This document shows, one piece after another, positions 34,975 through 43,685 of a stretch of 59,592 nt of DNA. Location of the stretch: the IMG/VR virus record IMGVR_UViG_3300021976_000014, positions 1 to 59,592 of that record. The stretch is one strand, 5' to 3'. Origin of the DNA: a virus (Duplodnaviria > Caudoviricetes). Each line of letters begins with the position of its first letter. Positions within the stretch are counted from its first letter, which is position 1. The position numbers and the translations under genes are program-made. The notes under the pieces were generated by a model. The model worked only from the letters and a program-made list of their open reading frames with translations. It was not told the origin of the DNA and searched no databases.

Positions 34975-35355
34975 TTATTCGATCCAATCTCCGGTGCCCT
35001 TGCTGTCGGCGCAACCGAACGTCTTGCAATACCAGCGGTTCTTGTAGGGATCACCCTGCTTATTCCGCTTCCCGCGCATGTCCTTCATCGGTCCGTGCGT
35101 AGGACACGACGGTGTCTCGCCAGGCGCAGTACTACCTGACGCCGCCTTCGGCCGCGCGGCGTCGGCGGCGCTCCCGGTAAATACGCCATTCACTAACGCA
35201 GCCTGCTTGATGTCACCCAAAGCCTTGAAGATCTCTCCGGAGTTCTTAGCGAACCCCTGCATAACATCAAGCATGTCATCACCACCACTGGCGCGGACAT
35301 TGACCAGGTCTCCGTTGACGTTCGTGTTTACCTGGATTTTGTAGTCGTCGCTCAA
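34975..35355 (-). CDS. Hypothetical protein with C-terminal zinc ribbon
   Basis: CPTHG.M...G.....W.C..C motif typical next to actinophage helicase/RecB genes. Confidence 0.65.
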   Translation of the reverse strand: MSDDYKIQVNTNVNGDLVNVRASGGDDMLDVMQGFAKNSGEIFKALGDIKQAALVNGVFTGSAADAARPKAASGSTAPGETPSCPTHGPMKDMRGKRNKQGDPYKNRWYCKTFGCADSKGTGDWIE

Positions 35356-35627
35356 TTGCTCTCCTTGTCTTCGGCGGACATCTTCTCCCGTGCTGCACGG
35401 AATAACAGATAGCTCGCGATACTAGCGAGCTGAGCGGGCGTCATCGCGGCTGCCATCAACACCGCCCATGCCGTCACCGACACCAACGGATCTGCACGCA
35501 GCATGTCCACCGTCGCATCGATTGTCATATCGACGTGATCAGAAGCCTCTTTTTCCGCCTGGTCAAGCTGTGCGACGCTGGCGGGGTCAAGATAGGTCTC
35601 CGGCCGGAGTAGGTCAGGGGTCATCAT
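35352..35627 (-). CDS. Hypothetical protein
   Basis: GGAGG RBS. Confidence 0.55.
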   Translation of the reverse strand: MMTPDLLRPETYLDPASVAQLDQAEKEASDHVDMTIDATVDMLRADPLVSVTAWAVLMAAAMTPAQLASIASYLLFRAAREKMSAEDKESN

Positions 35628-35673
35628 GTCTATTGCCTCCCAGATCGGATTGCATCGGTCTTCACGAGATCAG

Positions 35674-36504
35674 TCACGCAGACAAGTGCCCCTTCAATCG
35701 GCAATAGGGTTGGACACCGCACAACGTGCAATGGTCACCGGGGTTGGCGACAAACACTCGCGCCTCGACCCCCCGGTCTAAAGCGCCGTACTCAGCAGTG
35801 AGGTATTCCTCGGTGTACCGACTGATGGATTCCCATTCGGACGGGACGCCGTCTTTCGCATACCAGTACCGGAGTTCTTCAATCGGCTGAGGGAGATCGT
35901 CAGCAAACAGCCTGTTCGCTACGAATCCATACAACCCCGGCTGGCGGTAGTCGTTCTCCCGGTTGCCAGTCTTCAGGTCTTCGATGGTGACGACCTGTTG
36001 CTTAGGCCACCACAACAACCGGTCGATGCCACCCCGGACTACAACCCCATTCGGAAACTCCCATTCGAACTCGACCTCAAGTGCCAGGTCTCCAAAGGGG
36101 TCTTCCCATATCTCCCACTCCGCCTCGATGGCGTACTGGACGTAGTTCGGTATCCAGGACGTCAACCCCCGATTGAGGCGGTTTTCGATGTCACTCTCGA
36201 CGGTCTTCGTCCGGGGCGGCTTCAGCCACATACCCATATCCGGCTGACGCTGCCTCAATTCCTCAATGCGTTCTCGGTAGATCCGCTCGAACTCCTCCGC
36301 TATCTTCTGCTCGCCGTAGCTCCTGCCGGCACGTTCCCAATCGTCAACCGCCGTTTGGAATGAAGTGCCCCCAACAAGCCAACTAGCCGGCCTGGAGGGT
36401 AAGCGAGGACGGACCATCCTTTCGAGACGGAAAGCCTCTGGACACCTGGAATAGCTCTTCAGTTGAGAGAAGCTACGGGTGTAGCGCTTGGTTTCTTCCG
36501 TCAT
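35674..36504 (-). CDS. RecB/Cas4-like PD-(D/E)XK exonuclease
   Basis: RSFSQL..Y..CP, G.IDR...EDLKTG, Q..LY and C..C.....C motifs. Confidence 0.9.
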   Translation of the reverse strand: MTEETKRYTRSFSQLKSYSRCPEAFRLERMVRPRLPSRPASWLVGGTSFQTAVDDWERAGRSYGEQKIAEEFERIYRERIEELRQRQPDMGMWLKPPRTKTVESDIENRLNRGLTSWIPNYVQYAIEAEWEIWEDPFGDLALEVEFEWEFPNGVVVRGGIDRLLWWPKQQVVTIEDLKTGNRENDYRQPGLYGFVANRLFADDLPQPIEELRYWYAKDGVPSEWESISRYTEEYLTAEYGALDRGVEARVFVANPGDHCTLCGVQPYCRLKGHLSA

Positions 36505-36526
36505 ATCTCAATCATATCGACGTGCA

Positions 36527-36745
36527 TCACTGGTTGCCCAACCCACTGTGCACGCACGGAAGGTCGTCAGTGTGAATCAGGTCACACAGCGGGCAGCAGT
36601 GAGCGAGAGCGAAGAATACACCCCCGTACTCTGGGTTGGGGCTGGAGTATCGGTGGCCACAACACGCTTGGTCGGCTGGGATCTGACGGTCACCGAACTG
36701 CGTCGAACAGTGCGCGTGCCAAGGCTCCTCGTACTCCGGCGTCAC
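36527..36745 (-). CDS. Cys/His-rich hypothetical protein
   Basis: Fills the operon gap. Confidence 0.4.
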   Translation of the reverse strand: MTPEYEEPWHAHCSTQFGDRQIPADQACCGHRYSSPNPEYGGVFFALAHCCPLCDLIHTDDLPCVHSGLGNQ

Positions 36746-36746
36746 C

Positions 36747-37160
36747 TCAAATCCAGAACCTAAGAACTGCGTCAGCACCTAACCTCTCCTCTGCTAGGTC
36801 AGCCGTCCAGCCGGACCCGTAGGACCTCTGTCCGACGTGCTTACCGATCCTCACCAACCGGTCGTGCGGGCGGCTGAGCGTCGCCACGATCTCTTCGTTC
36901 CGGCGCTTGTATCCGCGCACCCCGGGCGGGTCCCATTCGTGGACGTCCGGAGTAATCACATTCAACACACGGTCCGGATCGCCGTCGCTGCTGTATCCGA
37001 ATCCACTCGCGACACCCGCCACAACAGAGTCGACGCCCGTGGCTCCACCACTGACAACTTCGGTCGCTCCGTGGTGCCAAATCAATCCGCTGATCAGCAC
37101 CCATGCCACTTCGGCTTGTTGCCTAGTAAGGATGTGACCGCCTACTATCGCCAACTTCAT
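36747..37160 (-). CDS. SLOG/DprA-like (DUF2493/YspA-type) protein
   Basis: MKLAIVG, VVSGGATGVD, RN..IV and S.G..WT motifs. Confidence 0.7.
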   Translation of the reverse strand: MKLAIVGGHILTRQQAEVAWVLISGLIWHHGATEVVSGGATGVDSVVAGVASGFGYSSDGDPDRVLNVITPDVHEWDPPGVRGYKRRNEEIVATLSRPHDRLVRIGKHVGQRSYGSGWTADLAEERLGADAVLRFWI

Positions 37161-37264
37161 CTGGTAGCCGCCCCGATTGCCACACCAACGAGGTATGCGA
37201 CAGAGAACGCCATCACAGAAGCGAAGAGGACGTTCCGCTTGTACCACTCCACGATCCGTTTCAC
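37157..37264 (-). CDS. Small membrane protein
   Basis: One TM helix; GTGA coupling. Confidence 0.45.
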   Translation of the reverse strand: MKRIVEWYKRNVLFASVMAFSVAYLVGVAIGAATR

Positions 37265-37944
37265 CACAACACCGCCTCTCGTTCTTGTTCGAATAGCTCT
37301 TCGATGCCTGTGATATCCTCGCCGTTCTGAGCCACAAACGACTCCCGTTGTAACGGCGCGACGACCCCACGAAGGAACGGACCGCACTTCCAACGGAGCA
37401 GGTCTCCGTCCCAGTGAAAATCCACTGGGTATTCGTCCTTGGTGCTGGGACTCGGTGGAGTCCTCAACAACCGGAACTTAGTAAACCTCGCCGCTCGGAT
37501 TGCGAACGGAATCCCGATGTGCTGGAAGGGATTCGGCGGAAGGTTGAGGATGTCCATCACCGGCTGGAAATCCGGAGGGTCTTCCGGAAGTGGCAGCAGT
37601 ACCGAAACGAGATCGGTGGCGTCGTCGTTCCGCGACATCACTTCAAGTGCCTTTCCGTCCCCAGGAAACTGCGTCTGAGCCGAGCCGTCTTTATCCCGAA
37701 GGAACTTCTCTAGCTCCTTCAGCTCTTTCAACCCGAGGTAGAAATGGTCTCCGCCCATGCTCGGTGCCGAGAACGTCCTAGCCGGTGCCGAGTCCTCCAT
37801 CGCTACGTAATCATCGGAGGCGCACACAAACAGTTGACTAGTGGTCGGATAGAACATAACCGTTCCGCCAAGGCTGCTGTCTTTTGCCGAAAACTGCACG
37901 CCGTTGTAGCAGAGCCGAGCGAGATCAGCGGCTTGGATTTGCAT
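37261..37944 (-). CDS. Hypothetical protein (weak beta-clamp-like pattern)
   Basis: L.V.ASDDY, P.F..V and final G...PL are reminiscent of clamp domains. Confidence 0.45.
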   Translation of the reverse strand: MQIQAADLARLCYNGVQFSAKDSSLGGTVMFYPTTSQLFVCASDDYVAMEDSAPARTFSAPSMGGDHFYLGLKELKELEKFLRDKDGSAQTQFPGDGKALEVMSRNDDATDLVSVLLPLPEDPPDFQPVMDILNLPPNPFQHIGIPFAIRAARFTKFRLLRTPPSPSTKDEYPVDFHWDGDLLRWKCGPFLRGVVAPLQRESFVAQNGEDITGIEELFEQEREAVLW

Positions 37945-38437
37945 CCAATTCCTCAGCAATCGCGATCAGCCCCTCCAAGAGCTTCGAGAAGTTGTAGTCG
38001 TAGGTGTAGACGCGATCCTCGTCGCCCTCCCACAGACTGACACGACGTTTCATTCCCGCCGTGCGGTAGTAGATGTCGACGGAGAATTCCTTCTCGGTGT
38101 ATTCGTACGAGTCATAACCGGTGGTGTAGGCGTCGCAATCGTCATCCCACTGAGTGACCTCAGTCGCCTCGATCCCCTGGCGACGAAGGAACTCCAATAA
38201 CAGACCCTTGAAGGTCTCCTTGAAACTCATTCCCCCCCCCCACTCTCTGTCGCTGTAGCCTGAGCCGTCGGGCTGCCATCCATCGACCCGGTAAAGGAAC
38301 GTCTCCCCCTCGAAGACATTCCACTCCACCCTGAAGACTCGCTCCGAGTGCACGAACCGTCCGCCGGCTGATCCGCTGAGGCATTGGGAGTAGCGGTTAG
38401 ACCACGTCGCCCGAGAGAGGGTGATGGTCTCCTTCAC
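37925..38437 (-). CDS. Hypothetical protein, probably two genes fused across a G10 tract
   Basis: Internal ATG at 38230 directly after G10. Confidence 0.55.
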   Translation of the reverse strand: MKETITLSRATWSNRYSQCLSGSAGGRFVHSERVFRVEWNVFEGETFLYRVDGWQPDGSGYSDREWGGGMSFKETFKGLLLEFLRRQGIEATEVTQWDDDCDAYTTGYDSYEYTEKEFSVDIYYRTAGMKRRVSLWEGDEDRVYTYDYNFSKLLEGLIAIAEELDANPSR

Positions 38438-38812
38438 TCACACCTCCCGATAAAGGCGCACCATGGATTCCGGGGGGTGATCTCCGATCGGGATCGACGG
38501 CTTCACCGCGTTAATACAGACGTAACAGCCGCCGCTTGTCTGATAGACCGCGCCACTCAGGGTGTCAGAGTAGACGTTCGTCCCCTTGAGCGTCACTGGT
38601 GGTGGTTTCTCTTCCACGGCCACCGGCGTTTCCAGGTGTTGATAGAAGATGTAGCTGGGTGTAAGGGACGACAGAAAGAGAACGGGGATGTAGTGTTCCG
38701 ACTCGTAGGCATACTGCGGGTTGGTTACATTTCCGAGAGTGCCCTGGAATCGAACCTCCGTCCCCTCTGGGAGTGCAGAGCGGAGCTTGTATTGACCCCT
38801 GAACTGCGTCAC
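38438..38812 (-). CDS. Hypothetical protein
   Basis: Coupled ORF. Confidence 0.55.
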   Translation of the reverse strand: MTQFRGQYKLRSALPEGTEVRFQGTLGNVTNPQYAYESEHYIPVLFLSSLTPSYIFYQHLETPVAVEEKPPPVTLKGTNVYSDTLSGAVYQTSGGCYVCINAVKPSIPIGDHPPESMVRLYREV

Positions 38813-39636
38813 AGGTCATCCTCGGTGTCCGGCGTGAAGTATTCGAAGCTCTTGACGACCGCGCGAAGGCCATCCTCAAAGGCGCCTTCCAGCTGCTCGT
38901 AGAACCGGACGCTTGTCCGCCAGCTAGTCTCCACGGAGTCGAGATCGAAGGGGTCGTTGTTGTTCTCGGGATCAAGCAGTTCGTCAATCTCGACCACCAA
39001 CCGGAGCTTCTGCGGCGTCACCGGCTCAATGCCTACATCGCTGAGGGCCTCCTTGACGACGCCGCACCAGTCGTGCACCTTGGCGTACCTCATCGCCGTG
39101 CGCCCGACCGTGACTTTGAAAGCGTCGAACTCCGCCTGAATTTCCGCTGCGGTCTTCTCAGGCTTGGTGGTGGTAGTAGTGGTAGACACGTCGGTAGATC
39201 CTTCCTGGTCGGTTTCAATGAGTTCGGTAACGGAGGTGACGCGCCGGTCCTCTCCGAGGGCGGAGCGCCACGCTCCCACACAACAAACGGGCATTGAGAC
39301 GTCAGCGAACCTTTCGTGACCGCCGGCAGAACGCGCACAGATACGGAAGCCGCGCCGAGCCTCGTTATGGCGTGTATACGTGTTGAGATTTCGCCACGCC
39401 ATAGCGGCGGCATTTCCGGCCGGAGTTGTGGTTGTGGCGTTGAACGTCCCGCCGAAACGTTCGACGGTATCTTCAATCCGGACTACCATTCCTGTCTCCC
39501 CCGTGGTCGTTGTGGTACTCAAAGACCACACCCGTCCTGGTATGGGTGCCAACACTTGCTCTGTGAGTAACCGTTCGATGTCCGTCGCGGCCCACTGCGT
39601 GATCTCGTCTATGACGTAGAGCCCTGTGTCTGTCAT
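38809..39636 (-). CDS. Hypothetical protein
   Basis: AGGAG RBS; HDWCG.V...L motif; possible internal second start near 39190. Confidence 0.6.
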   Translation of the reverse strand: MTDTGLYVIDEITQWAATDIERLLTEQVLAPIPGRVWSLSTTTTTGETGMVVRIEDTVERFGGTFNATTTTPAGNAAAMAWRNLNTYTRHNEARRGFRICARSAGGHERFADVSMPVCCVGAWRSALGEDRRVTSVTELIETDQEGSTDVSTTTTTTKPEKTAAEIQAEFDAFKVTVGRTAMRYAKVHDWCGVVKEALSDVGIEPVTPQKLRLVVEIDELLDPENNNDPFDLDSVETSWRTSVRFYEQLEGAFEDGLRAVVKSFEYFTPDTEDDL

Positions 39637-39928
39637 GTCCGTACTCCTGGTAGAGGTCGCAGTCGTCACAGGCGACACAGCTCCCCCCGATCACGCGGCA
39701 CGTCTCCCACTCGTCGCACCGGACGCACCAGAGAAGGTCTCCGGTGGTTGGTGGCAGCAAGAACGTCTGTAGTCGGCCGCAGCGAAGGATTGCTATGTAC
39801 TCCTGCGTCGGTGGTTGTGGTTTTGTCCACAGCGGTCCGTGGTTGCCAACGGCAAGGCTCCCCCTTAGTACTAGGTCGCTAAGAGGTGCGGTAATGGGTG
39901 GCGCTAGGTCGTCGTTGTGAACACCCAT
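39473..39928 (-). CDS. Cys-rich hypothetical protein (boundaries uncertain)
   Basis: C..C motifs; RBS before ATG 39928. Confidence 0.35.
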   Translation of the reverse strand: MGVHNDDLAPPITAPLSDLVLRGSLAVGNHGPLWTKPQPPTQEYIAILRCGRLQTFLLPPTTGDLLWCVRCDEWETCRVIGGSCVACDDCDLYQEYGHDRHRALRHRRDHAVGRDGHRTVTHRASVGTHTRTGVVFEYHNDHGGDRNGSPD

Positions 39929-40137
39929 TCCTCTCCTTCGCTCCCTGCTCCCATACCTTCGATGTATCGGAGCGCCATGAGCACAACGCTAGTCCGGAGT
40001 TCTGGGATCACCAACGTCCGAATGCCCCGGTTCGACCCGGTCTGTGACGTGGCGTGAGCCACATCTGAGGGTCCCAGGCTTGACAACAGGCGGTGGTATA
40101 TGGCAGCCAAAGGCCAGTTAAGATGTCCTAGTTTGGC

Positions 40138-40161
40138 GGGGTTGCACTCTTAAGTAAGTGA
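40138..40161 (+). repeat. 24-bp direct repeat, copy 1 (GGGGTTGCACTCTTAAGTAAGTGA)
   Basis: Exact match to 41001..41024. Confidence 0.9.
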
Positions 40162-40368
40162 AGGGCTCGGAGAGCCCGTCAGCCTTGCGGCCCTAATGGC
40201 CGCTACTCAGGCTTGGCTCTTACTCCTCGCCCTTCTAGTTATGGCCGGCCAAAACCGGCCACCTACCTAGTAGAGTTAATACTAGGGATCGAACACCATC
40301 GTTCGATCCAATAAGTAAAGAGGCGAACACGTAGGGTGTTCGCCTCTACTAACTAGGGAAAAACTTAC

Positions 40369-40998
40369 TTGACCAATGAAGACACTTTAGAATACCTCCG
40401 CCTCTGCCGTAAGGCAGCTAAGATCGCTGCCAATGGAAAGATCGTAGACATCGAAGATGTCTCTCAGGAGCTATTCCTCTGGATACTACAAACGAAGACC
40501 ATCACAACACCAACGTACAAAGGTCTTCTCGACTTGCTAGTCAGAGAAGCTCGGCAACACCTCATGAACCAGAGCCGCCAGCACAACCCCGCTGGCTGGT
40601 CTGGAATGCCTTGGTCGGTTGAGGAGATCCGCGAAGCCCTTCGGGACTCCTTCGAAGACCTTCCACCGCAGATCACCGAGGCCATGACGTCCAGTCGGAT
40701 GCCTGAGCACTACCGTGCAGTACTGCATCAGACCTACGGTAAGCAACTGATGCCACCGAAGAGCAGCACCCTACGTTCTACGATGTATCGAGCCGTAGAA
40801 CGGCTCCAAGAGGTCATCAATTACCCGACCGATGGAATTCCTTCCGGCACCATTGAGATCGGAGACCTCACCGATGCGGACGAGGGTCGCTGCTCAATCT
40901 CGACCGAAGATGCTCTCAGCGACCGTCGGCGAGAGAACTCAGAACGCGGTGCTCTGACGGACCGCATCGAAAGCGTCCGGGGCATTAGTGCTGCGTAA
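40369..40998 (+). CDS. Sigma-factor-like protein
   Basis: Region-2-like DIEDVSQELFLW; WSVEEIREAL; RA.ERL..VIN. Confidence 0.6.
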   Translation: MTNEDTLEYLRLCRKAAKIAANGKIVDIEDVSQELFLWILQTKTITTPTYKGLLDLLVREARQHLMNQSRQHNPAGWSGMPWSVEEIREALRDSFEDLPPQITEAMTSSRMPEHYRAVLHQTYGKQLMPPKSSTLRSTMYRAVERLQEVINYPTDGIPSGTIEIGDLTDADEGRCSISTEDALSDRRRENSERGALTDRIESVRGISAA

Positions 40999-41000
40999 CG

Positions 41001-41024
41001 GGGGTTGCACTCTTAAGTAAGTGA
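41001..41024 (+). repeat. 24-bp direct repeat, copy 2
   Basis: Exact match to 40138..40161. Confidence 0.9.
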
Positions 41025-41098
41025 GGGATGAAATAAGCCCAACGTAACCAGACTAACTATTAGAACCGCTGGAATCCCGTTGGTGTCACCCCTCCACC

Positions 41099-41329
41099 TC
41101 AGAGGTTTTTGAAGAGGCTGCCTAGGTCTACATGTATCCCGTCCGGCAGGGGTGGGAAATCGGCGTTCTTGAGCGCCAGGTACCGGCAGGCAGCCATCAG
41201 CGTTGAACAGATTTCTGTTCCGCATTCAGGGCAGCGACCGCATACCGGCCAGTGCTCAGCGACGAGGCTTTGCGCGCCCGCGATCAACGACTCACGGTAT
41301 ACCCCTGGAGTCCACCACGCGCGGCTCAC
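41099..41329 (-). CDS. Small Cys/His protein
   Basis: H.P.CGRC..CG...C motif; coupled. Confidence 0.5.
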   Translation of the reverse strand: MSRAWWTPGVYRESLIAGAQSLVAEHWPVCGRCPECGTEICSTLMAACRYLALKNADFPPLPDGIHVDLGSLFKNL

Positions 41330-41532
41330 CGTGCACCCCTCGTCCAGTCAAGGACCCGCTCAGCCCAGGTCAGCAGCGGGCAGCCCTGCGGGGTGCATCC
41401 GCCGCACACACCTGGCGCGTACGACCTGCCCGGCCGGGCGAGGTGCTGTTCAACGGTCAGGGTCGCGGACAGCACCACGGCTGCGAGGCTCGCCGAGTCA
41501 TAGCCGGCTAGCGTCATGGACTGCTCCATCAC
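41326..41532 (-). CDS. Small Cys/His protein
   Basis: H....G.C..C...GC..L.WA motif; coupled. Confidence 0.5.
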   Translation of the reverse strand: MMEQSMTLAGYDSASLAAVVLSATLTVEQHLARPGRSYAPGVCGGCTPQGCPLLTWAERVLDWTRGAR

Positions 41533-41777
41533 AACACACCCTCGGTACCGCCGGAAGGCGGCTGAAACTGCCGCTGCTGGCCGTAGGTGAGGCTCTGGTG
41601 TCCGTCGATGACCGTCTGGTCGTTCCAGCCGTGCCGGTGGTTCTGCGCCATGATCCGCTGACGAGCTGCTTCAACATCATCGAGGTCATCGAGACGCGCC
41701 GCCAGCAGGATTTCATCGGCTGCTAGCCGTAGGCGCCAAGATGATAGCCGTAGGCGCCACCGTCTGATCGGGTTCAT
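41529..41777 (-). CDS. Small hypothetical protein
   Basis: GGAGG RBS; W...T......LT.GQ..R motif. Confidence 0.55.
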   Translation of the reverse strand: MNPIRRWRLRLSSWRLRLAADEILLAARLDDLDDVEAARQRIMAQNHRHGWNDQTVIDGHQSLTYGQQRQFQPPSGGTEGVL

Positions 41778-42005
41778 CGCCCCTCCATCTCGGAGGGTGG
41801 CGGGCCTGACCCCTTAACCCCAAGCCCGCCACCCAGCTAGGGGACACGGCGCGCGGCCGAAAAGCCGTTTGCCGACGGAGGTCGAGTCACCGTGTCCTCG
41901 TACAGCGAGGCACAGTGCCTTGAGCCACTGTGCACCGCCGCACATTGCAGCGTGCCACGACGGCCGTCAACATCACAAGGGGTCGATGTGGAGTGTTTTG
42001 GGGAC

Positions 42006-42037
42006 AAAAAAGGGCCGGCACCCGTAGGTGCCGGCCC
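42006..42037 (-). terminator. Rho-independent terminator after DUF397 gene
   Basis: GGGCCGGCACC/GGTGCCGGCCC stem plus T6 on the minus strand. Confidence 0.85.
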
Positions 42038-42055
42038 CCCTGGTGGTGCTCGGTG

Positions 42056-42250
42056 TCAGGCGACGAACGTCGACGACCTCACGGCCTTGACGAACCCGGT
42101 CCACTGCGGACCGGTGAAGGTCAACGTCCCGCCCTCTCGATCCTTGGTGTCACGGACCTGAGCAGCGCTGCCGTCGGTGGCCTCCCGGACCTCCACGCAC
42201 TGTCCCCCGTCCGCCGATCGACTGCTCTTGCGCCAGTTGCCGTACTGCAT
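42056..42250 (-). CDS. DUF397 (BldB-like) protein
   Basis: WRKSSRS..GG.CVEV......VRDTKD..G..L.F....W..FV signature. Confidence 0.95.
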   Translation of the reverse strand: MQYGNWRKSSRSADGGQCVEVREATDGSAAQVRDTKDREGGTLTFTGPQWTGFVKAVRSSTFVA

Positions 42251-42259
42251 GGTTTCCTC

Positions 42260-43123
42260 CTAGCTCCCGGCAGCGTTGCTGGCTGCCTCGTAGATCATCC
42301 TCGCACTCACCGTCTTGGACAGTGCAGCCCTGGTCATCTGGGTATGTAGCTGTACGTATCGCGCTGCTTCGGCAGGCGAGGTGATCAGTTTGTCAGCGTC
42401 CACCGTATCCACGCTCACCAAGGTCATGTCGCCGGGGTCCCGGTAGCTGAAGATCTCGAAGGGGCTCCGAGGGGCATATCCCGTGTCGAACTTCGCCCTC
42501 ACGGGTAGTACGCGAATGCTTACGCTACTGTTGTGCGTCGCGACGTCATACAGATGCATCAATTGTTCATGCACCACCTTCCCCGGTGCGTATTCGCGGT
42601 CAATAGCTTGTGGTTCGAGGATGACATCCAATCTGACCCCCGGATCTTTCAGCACCTCCTGTCGCCGTTTCCTACCCCTGACCGTGCCCTCGATATCGAG
42701 TTGTGCGCCTTCCCTCACCGCCACCTCTGCTCGGTATCGGGCGTAGCTCTCCGCCTGCAACAGTCCCGGCGGCAAGACATTCTGATATAGCCGCCCGAGC
42801 ACGATCCCGCACTCCAGGTCGGCAGTGCGCGCCTGGCGCTCACCCATGCCCGCGTACTCCGGACGCTCCCACCATCCCCGGTTGATGCCATCCCGTGCCA
42901 CCCGGACCAGCTCGGCGTAGCGCACAGCGTCATCGGGCAGCAACTTATCGAGGATCTTGAGGATAAGGTCGAGAGGCCGCCGTTCGCCATGCTCAATCCG
43001 GCTGAGCGCGGTTCGGTCTACGCCTGCCTCGCGGGCGAGGTCGAGACCTGTGAGGTCGGCTTGCTCACGGAGCGCACGTACCTCGACTCCGAGGCGTAGT
43101 CGTCGGGCTGCTGGGCTCACCAT
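42260..43123 (-). CDS. XRE HTH regulator with DUF5753 domain (WhiJ-like)
   Basis: RRLRLG.E.R.LRE...LT...LA.......SRIE.G, GWW, PGLLQ.ESYA and R..RQ.VL motifs. Confidence 0.92.
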   Translation of the reverse strand: MVSPAARRLRLGVEVRALREQADLTGLDLAREAGVDRTALSRIEHGERRPLDLILKILDKLLPDDAVRYAELVRVARDGINRGWWERPEYAGMGERQARTADLECGIVLGRLYQNVLPPGLLQAESYARYRAEVAVREGAQLDIEGTVRGRKRRQEVLKDPGVRLDVILEPQAIDREYAPGKVVHEQLMHLYDVATHNSSVSIRVLPVRAKFDTGYAPRSPFEIFSYRDPGDMTLVSVDTVDADKLITSPAEAARYVQLHTQMTRAALSKTVSARMIYEAASNAAGS

Positions 43124-43220
43124 CTGCTGCACACCACTGAGGATCGCACACGGACGCCACTGCACACACACCCTGGAGTCACTGTGCCTCGTCTCGCCGA
43201 CTGAAGAGGGGGGGGGCTGC

Positions 43221-43550
43221 GTGCCGAGAGCCAAGAAGCGCTGCCCCCAACCGGCCTGCCCCCTCTACAGCCCGTGCCCTAAGCACAAGGTCTGGCGGCG
43301 TTCTTCTGGACAGCGAGAATTACCGGGTAATTGGAAGACCTTGAAAAAGCAAGCCCGAAATTTTTCGACCAAACTCTGTGTTTTTTGCAACCGCCGTGAC
43401 CCCACCGGCCAAGTTGACCACATCATCCCCCGTGCTGAGGGCGGCACCGACGATCCCTCGAATCTCGGGTGGATCTGCACAGCCTGTCACGCAACTAAGA
43501 CGGAACGAGAGAAGCAGAGAGGCATCCTGAGGAGAAAGAGGAAGCGGTGA
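43221..43550 (+). CDS. HNH endonuclease (packaging-type)
   Basis: PRAKKRC..P.C....CP.H N-terminus; VDHIIPRAEGGTDD.SNL..IC..CH..KT. Confidence 0.9.
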   Translation: MPRAKKRCPQPACPLYSPCPKHKVWRRSSGQRELPGNWKTLKKQARNFSTKLCVFCNRRDPTGQVDHIIPRAEGGTDDPSNLGWICTACHATKTEREKQRGILRRKRKR

Positions 43551-43636
43551 GGCGCCCACCCCTCTCAGTATGCACTGTAGGCCGCTGAGACGGCCGCTGA
43601 GCGCTTTTCTGTCGCTAGGGGTACTCAGGGTACACC

Positions 43637-43673
43637 AAAACGGAGAGAGACCCTTCCGGGCCCCCCTCCGTTT
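43637..43673. terminator. Probable bidirectional terminator
   Basis: AAAACGGAG...CTCCGTTT between convergent genes. Confidence 0.5.
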
Positions 43674-43685
43674 CCGCGACTTGCG

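Noticed and set aside
35674-36504. Cas4 as part of a CRISPR system
   Set aside because: No repeat-spacer array or other cas genes; solo RecB/Cas4-like nucleases are standard in actinophages.
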